Below, piece after piece: positions 1 to 9,127 of a stretch of DNA of 64,000 bases (the first letter of the stretch is position 1; each line of letters starts with the position of its first letter). Source of the DNA: Ostreococcus lucimarinus (taxonomy: Eukaryota); NCBI GenBank assembly GCA_000092065.1, contig CP000588.1; one strand, written 5' to 3'. A program made the position numbers and the translations under genes. The notes under the pieces are model-generated. The model was not told the DNA's origin and searched no databases. It saw nothing but the letters and a program-made list of their open reading frames with translations.

Positions 1-1659
1 GTCCTCGTACTGTCCAGAGGCAGTGCTTTTCGTCTCCGTCTGGCCCATGACTCCCAAAACCTCTTCGATGTCTACTCCGCCTTCGACGCCCGTCTCATCC
101 GTGTGCTCTTGCTTAACATCATCAAGTCTGTCGTCCACTTGCGTCAAGCTCGAAATCAACCCATCGATGTCGTTCCCGTCGAAGGCGGCTGATTCATCGT
201 CGGCGAGCAATTTACGCGACTTGACGCTGTGGCGCACCGGGATGTTGTAGCGACGCTTCCACTTGTACGGCAGGGGCGGGATCTTACCCTTCTGCGCCAT
301 CACGTCCAAACGCTTCACATGCGGCTCGAAGAACGCCAACAACTCCTCGGTGGCTTCCTTGTCTTCGCTAGTCTTTGCCAACTGCGGTTGCAAATCAAAC
401 GCGATGGACGCTAGGTCGGTATCTTCCAGTGCTCCCAGGCCCGCGATTTCGTACGGGGTCAGGCTCGGGGGTAATCCGAGATACGTTTCCACCTCTTTGG
501 CGACTTCCGTGGGGTTTTCCTCGATGTCGTCAGTGTAAATTACGAGCAAATTCGGGAACTCCTTCAACCACACTTCCAAATACTCGGCGTACATGCTCCA
601 GCCCAAAACCGAATGAAAGTCCAAGCACTCTCGAGTGAGAGTACCACTATCGGCGCCGTCTGCCTCTTTCACGCATTGCTCCAAGTACTCTTTCGTCTTC
701 TTCGCCGTCGCTCCCCAAGTGTAGCCGTTTTCCTTCAACGCGCACGCGCTCAATCCCGACGCCTCCACGGGCGTCCCGTGAGGGTGATTCTCCTCCACGT
801 ATCGCGCCATCGCCCGTCCCACCGGGTCTCGCAGCACTACGATTGGCCGCAAATTTGGCATCAATCGCTTCATTGTCGACGCACAGCACGCGCAATTGAA
901 ATACGTATCACTCCAGTCCCCGGTGACGACGTCCCCGAGCTCGCGTTCAAACGCCTCGCCGTCTCGCTTCGCTTTCATCGTCTCGCTCGGATCATACGGG
1001 CTCCACGTCTCCCCGTGTCCGGCTTGCACCGCGCTAAAATACGCCTTCAGCAATAACTCCGGCGGTTCGCACATCTGCACCCCTTGCGTGGCGCCGTACA
1101 CTGGATTAAAAAAATGCATCGTCTTTTGCCCAGTCGTCAACATGTCGTGCTGCGACATCAATCGCTTCAGTCGCCGCATCCCTCCCACGTGGCTCCCGAT
1201 CACCGCGAACGACGGCAGACACGTCTGTTCGCCCGTCAGCGCCGGATCTTTGCTACACCGCATCGGTCCCGCCGCGCCGACGCTCGCCGCGCGTCGCGCC
1301 GCCCATCGGCTCACGTGCTCAAACTTCCAAATTGGGTGTTCAACGAAATACGACCCCGCGTACAGCACCATCGCGCACGCCACGAGCGCGAGCGCGCCTG
1401 GAATCAAATGCCTCACATTTCTACGTCGTTCATCGTCGTTTTCGCGCCGCGGCGCCGCGACGGCGTCGACTACGGCGCCGAAACGTCCGCCAACACCATC
1501 GTCTTCGGGCCGTCGATCGCGACGGTCGTGCGCCGACGCGACCGAGCGATCGTCGCCGTCCGAGGTGCTGGCGACGAGATTGCTGCGCTCGCTCGCCGCG
1601 CGTCGCGCGTTCGCGGACTCGCGGGCGAGCGAGGCGGCGCGCGCCGCGCGGGACCACAT
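1..1659 (-). CDS. Golgi-type carbohydrate sulfotransferase (heparan-sulfate 3-O-sulfotransferase-like); 3' end continues beyond window start
   Basis: The minus-strand reading frame is open from 1659 down to base 1 and is not in the ORF track because no stop lies inside the window. It has a type II layout: a short R-rich N-terminus, a TM helix HLIPGALALVACAMVLYAGSYFV, then the catalytic domain. The 5'-PSB-like motif is PSFAVIGSHVGGMRRLKRL (compare HS3ST IIGVKKGGTRAL). The 3'-PB motif is VVLRDPVGRAMARY (compare VVVRNPVTRAISDY). Confidence 0.6.
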   Translation of the reverse strand, partial: MWSRAARAASLARESANARRAASERSNLVASTSDGDDRSVASAHDRRDRRPEDDGVGGRFGAVVDAVAAPRRENDDERRRNVRHLIPGALALVACAMVLYAGSYFVEHPIWKFEHVSRWAARRAASVGAAGPMRCSKDPALTGEQTCLPSFAVIGSHVGGMRRLKRLMSQHDMLTTGQKTMHFFNPVYGATQGVQMCEPPELLLKAYFSAVQAGHGETWSPYDPSETMKAKRDGEAFERELGDVVTGDWSDTYFNCACCASTMKRLMPNLRPIVVLRDPVGRAMARYVEENHPHGTPVEASGLSACALKENGYTWGATAKKTKEYLEQCVKEADGADSGTLTRECLDFHSVLGWSMYAEYLEVWLKEFPNLLVIYTDDIEENPTEVAKEVETYLGLPPSLTPYEIAGLGALEDTDLASIAFDLQPQLAKTSEDKEATEELLAFFEPHVKRLDVMAQKGKIPPLPYKWKRRYNIPVRHSVKSRKLLADDESAAFDGNDIDGLISSLTQVDDRLDDVKQEHTDETGVEGGVDIEEVLGVMGQTETKSTASGQYED

Positions 1660-1742
1660 CGCGTCGTCCTCTGGCGAGGGTCAGTTTTCGTGTTCGCCTT
1701 CGACGGCGCGCCGAAGCCGCGGAACGCGCGATGGATTACAAG

Positions 1743-2714
1743 CTAACGACGCTCGGCTAAGGTGTCTAGAACGCGAGGAAATAAGGGTAAACACACGCCC
1801 AAACACTGCTTGGCCGCGTGCGGGGCGCCCGGGAGGTTGACGACGAGCGCGCCGGCGACGGCGACGCCGGCGACGGCGCGAGAGAGCGCCGCGCGCGGCT
1901 CGGCGATCGAAGTCACCGCGCGAATGGCTTCTGGAATGCCCGGGATCTCGCGCGCGAGCACGCGCGCGGTTGCTTCGGGGGTGACGTCGCGCGGCGCGCA
2001 CCCGGTACCACCGGTGGTGAGCACGAGGTCGCATCGAGACGTCAAGTCTCGAAGCGCGGCTTCGATGTCGTCGACGTCGTCGGCGACGACGACGCGCGAT
2101 GTCTCCGCGATGACCAACGCCCCAGACGCGGCGGCGTACTCACACACCGCGCGTTCAACTAACGGCCCGCTCTCGTCCGCGTACGTCCCCGCGGCGGCGC
2201 GGTCCGAACACGTCAACACGCCCACGCGCACGCTTCGCGCCGCTGCGCCGTCCCGAAGCGCGCACGCCGCCGCGACGGCGTCTCCGCCGCCACTCGACAG
2301 CTCTTCCGCGGGCGTGCAGCAAACCTCGCTCAACGCACCGCTCACACTCACGAACGGCGCGCGCGTGGCGCCCACCGCGTCGCGCGGCGTCGCCTCGAGC
2401 GCCTCCAACGCGTCGTGCTTCGCGTGCAACCGCCGTCCCGACTCAAACGCCGCCAACTGTTCCGCGCTCGCCTTTACCTGATGCTTCTTTTTCCAATCCC
2501 CGTACGGTTCGCCGTACACGTATTCACACGCTTCGTCGTACGTCATGGGATACCCCACCGTTCGCGCGCCGAGGAGCGTCCACTTGGCGCAGCAGTTTCG
2601 GCAAAAACCAGCGAGATTCATGAGGTCGATATTTTGCACGTCGTTTCGCGCGCGCATGTGCGCCAACAGGGCGCGAAAGGCGTGCGCTTCGATTTGAGTC
2701 TGTAATGACGTCAT
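1743..2714 (-). CDS. MogA/MoaB-type molybdopterin adenylyltransferase-like protein with a Cys-containing N-terminal domain (DUF1244-like)
   Basis: The C-terminal half carries the MogA/MoaB signature LVLTTGGTGCAPRDVTPEA...IPGIPEAIR. The N-terminal domain is DLMNLAGFCRNCCAKW...YGDWKKK. The first ATG (MTSLQ...) is at 2714; the track ORF extends upstream only through a non-ATG start. Confidence 0.6.
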   Translation of the reverse strand: MTSLQTQIEAHAFRALLAHMRARNDVQNIDLMNLAGFCRNCCAKWTLLGARTVGYPMTYDEACEYVYGEPYGDWKKKHQVKASAEQLAAFESGRRLHAKHDALEALEATPRDAVGATRAPFVSVSGALSEVCCTPAEELSSGGGDAVAAACALRDGAAARSVRVGVLTCSDRAAAGTYADESGPLVERAVCEYAAASGALVIAETSRVVVADDVDDIEAALRDLTSRCDLVLTTGGTGCAPRDVTPEATARVLAREIPGIPEAIRAVTSIAEPRAALSRAVAGVAVAGALVVNLPGAPHAAKQCLGVCLPLFPRVLDTLAERR

Positions 2715-2851
2715 TCGAGCGGCGATGCGCGCGCGCGCGAGGGAACGTGCGCGCGCGAGTGTGACGCCGGCGCCGAAGCGTCTGGCGTCGGGACGGCGGC
2801 GGAGGCGACGGCGACAACGCGTGGCGGTTAAATTACATCGGGCGGCGACGC

Positions 2852-3604
2852 TCAGCCCTCTGCGCCGTGAATCTGAAACGCGGCGTACTCTTTCCAGAGC
2901 GCCTCCATGTGCTTGATGTACGGCGCCGCCACATCGGGTTGGTTGCGAGCTATCAACACGTTGTCGTGATTGTCCAGCACGCCCGCCCGCGTCCAATTAA
3001 ACGAACCCGTGATGACCACGGGATCGTTCGTCTCACCGTCGATGATGGCAAATTTATGATGCATCATCCCGCGCTTATTCGGATCGTTCGAGTGCGCGTC
3101 GCATCGTACGTCTATTTTCCGCGCCTCGCTGAGCTCTCGAATATCCGAACCGAGCGAGTCCACGTTGTTCGCGTCCGTGACGATTCGCACCCTAATCCCA
3201 CGTTTCGCCGCGCGTTGAATCGCTCGCTTAATATCATCGCACGTAATCGTAAAGCACACCACGTCCAGCGTCGACGTCGCCTTGTCCAGCGTTCGTATGA
3301 ATTTCACCAGAGACGTCGTGTGGTGCGCCTTGTCGCAGTGCGCCTTCGCGCACCGATAATTCGCATCCAGCATGCTTCGACACGGCATGACGGCGTCGGG
3401 GAATATTAAGATTTCCGTGGACTGCGACGTGAAATGCGCGTGCGCCTCGTGTTCGGCCGCGCTTTCCCACGAGTTGGTCTCGGCGTTGAAGAAGGATTTT
3501 TTCGCTCTGGCGCCAACCGTCAACCGTCGCGTTCCGGTGCTCGACGTCGCGCGACGCGCGCGGCGCGGGGCGACGGGGCGCCCGAGCGGCACGGCGCGCG
3601 ACAT
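2852..3604 (-). CDS. Phospholipase D-family HKD nuclease/cardiolipin hydrolase, MitoPLD (PLD6/Zucchini)-like
   Basis: The HKD motif is GMMHHKFAIIDG...VITGSFNWT. The block LDVVCFTITCDDIKRAIQRAAKRGIRVRIVTD matches PLD6 [32 protein letters not shown]. The ATG is at 3604. Confidence 0.7.
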   Translation of the reverse strand: MSRAVPLGRPVAPRRARRATSSTGTRRLTVGARAKKSFFNAETNSWESAAEHEAHAHFTSQSTEILIFPDAVMPCRSMLDANYRCAKAHCDKAHHTTSLVKFIRTLDKATSTLDVVCFTITCDDIKRAIQRAAKRGIRVRIVTDANNVDSLGSDIRELSEARKIDVRCDAHSNDPNKRGMMHHKFAIIDGETNDPVVITGSFNWTRAGVLDNHDNVLIARNQPDVAAPYIKHMEALWKEYAAFQIHGAEG

Positions 3605-3873
3605 GCCGCGCGACGTCGCGATGGCGCGACTGCGTCTCGGGACGGATCGTTCGTGACGACGCGTCGGTTCTGGTCGGTCGGTCGGTCGGTCGGTCGAGCG
3701 GTCGAGCGGTCGAGCGGTCGAGCGGGACAGTTACTCCTCCGTCGGCGGGCGGCGTTTTCGCTCTAACGAGAGACGGCGACGGCGCTCGATCGCGAGCGAT
3801 GAGATGTTTTCGTATGAAAAGGTGGGATTTGCGTCGATCGATGTGGGTGTGCCGGCCTCGGTCGACGTCTTCG

Positions 3874-6800
3874 TCATCGCGGCGGCGGCTGGACGTACGC
3901 CGGGCCGAGCGCGGCCAACACGACGGGCAACACGACGACGGCGTGGATGAAGCTCGCGGTGAGCGTGACGACGATGAAGGTTGCGAACTTTGTGAAGAAG
4001 ACGATGGTACATCCGAGCAAGCATGCCGCGGCGGCGATGGATGAGAACCAGCCGGCGGTGATGGCGCCTCCGACGATGCGGAGCGCCGAGAGTGAACGCT
4101 CGTCCTTTGTCATGGGTTGGTTATGCGTTGATACGTACGCGACAGCGATGTGGCTGATATAATCGATGCTGAGACCGACAATAATCTGCACGCACACGGA
4201 TTCGATGATGCCCAGACGCCATCCGCGAAGCGCCATGAAGGCGACAAAGTATACTACGACGGAGGCGATGCAAAACGTCGCTGCGGCGGCGATTTTGACG
4301 CTCAAGGTGCAAAGAAATAGAACCATAAACGCCAAAACTAACGAATATACGACGGTCAACGAAGCGGCTGATTTAAGTTCGTCAACCGTATCTGCGAGAA
4401 CCCACGTATCGCTTGATTGAAACGCGCCGCGCGTCTCCGGAGGCCCAGTCGAGATCTTTGCCGCAAACCACGTTTCCCAGAAATCGTGCGCTTTTCTGAT
4501 TTCATCAGCCGTAGACACCCTGCGCGCCGACGTCGGTACCGTGATTGCTGAGTATGCGACACAGAGATCATCGCCCAGGCGATATTTGTCGCAGTCGTCT
4601 CTATTTCGTATGAAGCGCAGTAAGCCGTACGTATTCACGTGATTGGCGAACGTTCGAACGGCGTAACGAAAGTCTTGTCGAGCGATGGGTAAACCGTCGA
4701 TGTGTGCACCGAGTAATCCTCCGTCTTTGAGCCATACATCAAGATCATATATCCAACAATTGACCGTCGTTGGAGACACGATGCGATCGCGCATCGATCT
4801 AAGCTCGGCACAGAATTCTAGCAACCATATCTGAGAGTCTTCGTCGGAAAAATCATACGACGCATTCGGCTCAACGAGCCACACTGGAACGCCAGAGTAC
4901 GACAGAGACTTATCAGATATAGCGGACACGCTCGAGCGCGCGGCATCGAGGCCGAATGTGAACTGGACGAGGACGCTTTCTTCGTAGCGAGACGAGTTAA
5001 AACTCTGCGCGGCGAGCGTGTAATCGTGGATAACGTGGCCTTTTGGCCACAGAGACAGTGACTCGTCGCCGGTTTGCTTCACGATGTTGAGCCCAAGAAG
5101 CACGGCGCCGACAATCATGGCAACAAATACCACATTAAGCGTCCACTTCCAATACACGAGGCGAGTAAACGTCGCAGCAAGTAAATCCCGGCGACGACGC
5201 GACGTCCTCCGAGGTGAGAGCGCTGGAGACGTCGATGCGGACGATGCTTCATCTATCAAAGGGCGTCCTTCGACGGCAAATGATGGACGTAGTGTTAACG
5301 CAACCGGATCTAATGGTGCGGATGCCATGCGCCTATGGATGACACGACTGAGAGTTTCAGGAAAGTCACCAAAATCGATTGTCGCTCTCCGTTGCGCAGA
5401 TCCACGACGAGCCACCACAGTCGGATTTACGTCGACTACTTCCTCTTGAGAAGGCATCACGCGGTTTCTCGAGACCGCGATGCGCTTCCACTTTTCATTC
5501 AAAATCAACACCGAAGATGTCACGACGATACTGACGAGTAGGAGAAAAATAATCTGCGTCGCCATAAATGTGCCAAATAGCCGAACGGGAGGAATGGAGC
5601 TCGGAATGCTGCTTGCAAAAGCCGCCGCCGTAGTGAAAGATGTGATACTTATACTAAATGCCGAGTGACGTAGGGTCCATTGCATGCGTTCTTCTAAAGT
5701 TGCGTCCAGGCTCTCTTTTTCCTCGACGTTGTTCGCGCTCGCCTGCCAATGATCGTAAATCACGAAGACGTCGTCGGCGCCGATGCCGATAGATAGGAAA
5801 ATTCCCGCAATATGAATTATGCCGAACCATTCTCGTCTGTACACTTCATAGTAAGTCGCATGCGTGAGAAGAGTCGCACCGATTATACTAATCATGCTGC
5901 AAATGGCGAGTGAGAGCGAGCGGGTGTGCAAAGCGATGAACGCCACCGTCACACACAGCGAGCCCACGGCGAATACGCAATCCTTCGCGAGACGATCATC
6001 CAGCATCGAGTTGTACGCATTAATGTGCCGCCAGGAAGCGAAGGTTCCCGTGGAAACAGATGAGACGTCAGAGTTGAAATGTTCGATGACGTGCCGAGCC
6101 ACATTCTTAACCCAAATCGTCGACTGATCACTGTATGAAAGCCGAAACACGATGGCCATCCTGCGCGGCTCGCCTCGCTCTTGCGCCATGTTTGGCAAGA
6201 AAGCATCGTTTAATAATATTCCGAACGGTGCCCCGAAAGCCTCGATTGCGTCCCACGAGCTGGACCAGCGTAAAATCACTTCTATCCCGAGCATTGTATC
6301 CCACACAGCAACCGCATCGATTTCACGGCACGCCACCGCGTCGAGGTTTTTATTCATCTTCGCGACGGCGATTATCTCCCCGACCGTAGGATCCACGTGC
6401 TCTATAAAATCGCAAATACCAATCTTAAACTCTCCGATCATGCATCGCGCGCTACTCGTGACGTCGCAAGGATATTCGTGACACGCGGCGACGGCGTCGC
6501 ACATCGATCGATGCGCCGCCTCGACGATCTCGCGCGTAAACATTCGATATCCGCATTGATCGCGAATAAAATCCAAGCGCGCCGATACTTCTGCAAACGT
6601 CCCTTGCCCAAGCTTCTGTGCGCCTTCGAAGACGTCCCATAAACCCACCAATCGATACATATTCTCGATGTCAAAAATACTAAACGCCGCCGCGCATCCG
6701 TCCCCGTATCGATCCTCCTCGCACGTGTCCTCGTAGCCCCACGCGTGCTCGATGTTATGCTTTAAAACGCACACTTGGCGAAGTGCGTTCGCGATATCAC

Positions 6801-7338
6801 TCGGTGTGTCACCCTTGCGATCCACTCGACTGACGATGACGTGAAATTCATTCGCCCCCGTGCCGCCGTCGACGCCCGATTTCGCGTTCAATCCCAAAAT
6901 CCGCCGATCGAGACTCGACGCGAGCCTTCTCGTTGGCGGCAAACCAAGGAACGGCGGTGGTGGCGGCGGCGATGGTGGCAGCGGTGGCGGCAGCGGTGGC
7001 GGCAGCGGTGGTGGTGCGAGTCCATCGCTCGACGACGCATTCGTCACCAATAATCTCCGCCGCGCCAGTCGCCTCGATTGCAAATCCAACGGCGTCGCCG
7101 CGCTCCAGCGCTTCGCGAGCCCCACCGCCAGCGCCCTCGTCGTCCTCGGCGTCCCTCGCGCACGATACGATTCCAATGACGTGTCTATGCTCAGCGCGAC
7201 GTCTTTCGTCGCGATAGCGTACGCTGCGAGCGCGATGAGACCCAACGCGCACGCGAGCGCCGCCCAAGGCTGTTTGACCACGGTTCGAGTGAAAACTTTA
7301 ACGGGCCACGAGACGCGTGTGGGGCCGTCGCGAGGCAT
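3874..7338 (-). CDS. Patched/Dispatched-family sterol-sensing-domain (RND superfamily) membrane protein
   Basis: The 1154-aa ORF has two multi-helix TM blocks. The Patched-family motif FLSIGIGADDVFVIYDHW lies in the first TM block, and there are large extracytoplasmic loops. A proline-rich insert PPPLPPPLPPPLPPSPPPPPP is present. The ATG is at 7338. Confidence 0.65.
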   Translation of the reverse strand: MPRDGPTRVSWPVKVFTRTVVKQPWAALACALGLIALAAYAIATKDVALSIDTSLESYRARGTPRTTRALAVGLAKRWSAATPLDLQSRRLARRRLLVTNASSSDGLAPPPLPPPLPPPLPPSPPPPPPFLGLPPTRRLASSLDRRILGLNAKSGVDGGTGANEFHVIVSRVDRKGDTPSDIANALRQVCVLKHNIEHAWGYEDTCEEDRYGDGCAAAFSIFDIENMYRLVGLWDVFEGAQKLGQGTFAEVSARLDFIRDQCGYRMFTREIVEAAHRSMCDAVAACHEYPCDVTSSARCMIGEFKIGICDFIEHVDPTVGEIIAVAKMNKNLDAVACREIDAVAVWDTMLGIEVILRWSSSWDAIEAFGAPFGILLNDAFLPNMAQERGEPRRMAIVFRLSYSDQSTIWVKNVARHVIEHFNSDVSSVSTGTFASWRHINAYNSMLDDRLAKDCVFAVGSLCVTVAFIALHTRSLSLAICSMISIIGATLLTHATYYEVYRREWFGIIHIAGIFLSIGIGADDVFVIYDHWQASANNVEEKESLDATLEERMQWTLRHSAFSISITSFTTAAAFASSIPSSIPPVRLFGTFMATQIIFLLLVSIVVTSSVLILNEKWKRIAVSRNRVMPSQEEVVDVNPTVVARRGSAQRRATIDFGDFPETLSRVIHRRMASAPLDPVALTLRPSFAVEGRPLIDEASSASTSPALSPRRTSRRRRDLLAATFTRLVYWKWTLNVVFVAMIVGAVLLGLNIVKQTGDESLSLWPKGHVIHDYTLAAQSFNSSRYEESVLVQFTFGLDAARSSVSAISDKSLSYSGVPVWLVEPNASYDFSDEDSQIWLLEFCAELRSMRDRIVSPTTVNCWIYDLDVWLKDGGLLGAHIDGLPIARQDFRYAVRTFANHVNTYGLLRFIRNRDDCDKYRLGDDLCVAYSAITVPTSARRVSTADEIRKAHDFWETWFAAKISTGPPETRGAFQSSDTWVLADTVDELKSAASLTVVYSLVLAFMVLFLCTLSVKIAAAATFCIASVVVYFVAFMALRGWRLGIIESVCVQIIVGLSIDYISHIAVAYVSTHNQPMTKDERSLSALRIVGGAITAGWFSSIAAAACLLGCTIVFFTKFATFIVVTLTASFIHAVVVLPVVLAALGPAYVQPPPR

Positions 7339-7550
7339 GTCTGCGAGCGTTTACGCGAAGATCAAGATATAATACGCGCCTGGAGCGCGTTTGAGCGCGC
7401 GTGAACGCGGACGCGCGATGCGAACCGCTTTGGAGTGAGGACGCGCGCTCGCGGTTCTCCGGCGCCAACGAGGCGCGGAGTGAGCCGCGCTCGATCGGTG
7501 CGTCCGGTTACAGAGTGCTACTATGATATTGAAACAAAATATTGTATGGT

Positions 7551-8375
7551 TTAGTTAAGGCCATCGACGAATGCACAGACGGTGGATTTCAGCTCGGGAA
7601 TCACCGGATCTTTACCGACGTAACAGTCGAAGAGCGCGCGACAGAGCGAGGCGTCGGCGATGACGCTCACGCGTTTACCCTTGATGAACGTCGCGAGCTC
7701 ACCCTCGAACGTGGCGTGAAAATCCAACGAAGTCCCCTTTTTAAAACTCACACCATCGAAAATCGCCTCAAACGCCCTCAACGCCGGCGAATCGGCGTCC
7801 ATCGCCGGTCGTATGCGTTCCGCGAGTGCCTCGACGATTTTATCGCCGCCGACGTTTCGCGCGAAAACCAATCGCACCAAGCGTTCGTACGACGCCGCAT
7901 CACCATCGCGCGCACCATCGACGTCAACATAAAATCCGCACGCGTACACTTTTACGCTCAACCCTGCGATGCGTTTCACGCGGGCGCCGCGTCCCGCGAG
8001 CGCGAGCGCTTTATCGCCCGGCGTCATCGCCGCCGGCACCTTCAGCCCCGTCCTCGGCTCCGTCACCATCGCCGTCGCTTCGCTCGATGGCGTCGAACCC
8101 GCATCGCTCGGCGCGGACGTCGACGCCAGTCCCGGTCGCGCGCGCGTCGGTCGTCGTCGTCGTCGTCGTTCGGCCGACCTCGGGCGCTCGACACCGTCGA
8201 CACCATCGGCGGCATCGGCGCGCGTCCACGCGCGTCCGTCCCCGCTCGGCGCGCGCGTCGACGCGGGCGACATCTGTTCGCGCTCCGGTCGCGCGCGCGT
8301 CGTCGCGCGCGTCGCCGCGGCGCCGCGCTCTGGCGCGCGCGCGGTGCGGTCGGTCGCGCCCATGGTCTCACTCAT
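7551..8375 (-). CDS. Chalcone-isomerase-fold protein (fatty-acid-binding FAP-like), probably organellar
   Basis: LALAGRGARVKRIAGLSVKVYACGFYVD fits the CHI-fold pattern L.L.GxGxR...I....VKVYA.G.Y. The N-terminus is S/T/R/A-rich. The ATG is at 8375. Confidence 0.45.
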   Translation of the reverse strand: MSETMGATDRTARAPERGAAATRATTRARPEREQMSPASTRAPSGDGRAWTRADAADGVDGVERPRSAERRRRRRPTRARPGLASTSAPSDAGSTPSSEATAMVTEPRTGLKVPAAMTPGDKALALAGRGARVKRIAGLSVKVYACGFYVDVDGARDGDAASYERLVRLVFARNVGGDKIVEALAERIRPAMDADSPALRAFEAIFDGVSFKKGTSLDFHATFEGELATFIKGKRVSVIADASLCRALFDCYVGKDPVIPELKSTVCAFVDGLN

Positions 8376-8542
8376 GAATCATACGATTCATATTGTGATC
8401 GCCGCTGATCTGTCATGAAGTCTTCGTTTGTCCGAACTAAAACTCGACGCCGCGTCGGTTTTTAGTTCGATGCGCGAGCTCGCGCGCCTCGACCGCCGCG
8501 TCCGCCTCTTCGCGACGCGCCGACCGACGCACGCACGCAACC

Positions 8543-8604
8543 ATGGGACACAACGATATCTGGGCCTCTCACCCGGCCAACTACGGCAAGGGTTCTCGAC
8601 GATG
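8543..8604 (+). CDS. RPS29: 40S ribosomal protein S29 (eS29), exon 1
   Basis: MGHNDIWASHPANYGKGSRR matches the eS29 N-terminus MGHQQLYWSHPRKFGQGSR. It ends at a G|GTACGC donor, phase 2. Confidence 0.8.
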
Positions 8605-8893
8605 GTACGCGCGACGACGACGCGAACGCGACGCGCGCGATGGGACGACGACGCGATCGCGGGGCGAGACGACGACGACGGTCGCCGCGCGCGCGCGCGA
8701 TGCGACGGCGCGAGACGACGGCGAAGGGTGACTGGGTATTCGTGGCTTCGCGCGCGAGGACGATGATGCGCGGGAGGGCGATGCGTGGGACGTGGGACGG
8801 CGCGCGAAGAGAACCCTTGCCGACCCTAGGGCTTTGAGCCCGAGCGAGCGCGAGCGAGCGACTGACCGAGGTATTGTTTTACGATGAACGCAG

Positions 8894-9002
8894 CCGCGTG
8901 TGCGAAAACCAGTGGGCGATCATTCGCAAGTACGACTTGAACATCTGCCGTCAGTGCTTCCGGGAATACGCGAAGGACATCGGTTTCGTTAAGAACAACT
9001 AA
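8894..9002 (+). CDS. RPS29: 40S ribosomal protein S29 (eS29), exon 2
   Basis: After a CAG acceptor the frame reads [40 protein letters not shown], a near-perfect match to the eS29 zinc-ribbon C-terminus. The spliced product is 56 aa. The intron is about 289 bp. Confidence 0.8.
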
Positions 9003-9127
9003 TGTTCAAAGTGAAGACGACGCGCGCGGGTTGACGCGCCGATTAGCTAGCGGAGAGTAGACGAGGATCGTATGTGTTGTGAATGTCGATACGACCAGTT
9101 ACTTAATACAGTGTGCGAACCTACCTA

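Noticed and set aside
6848-7372. Gly-rich and Ala-rich ORFs (6860..7372 +, 6933..7217 +, 6848..7267 -) around the poly-proline segment of the Patched-like gene
   Set aside because: They are complement or frame-shift reads of the CCG/CCA proline-repeat region and not independent genes.
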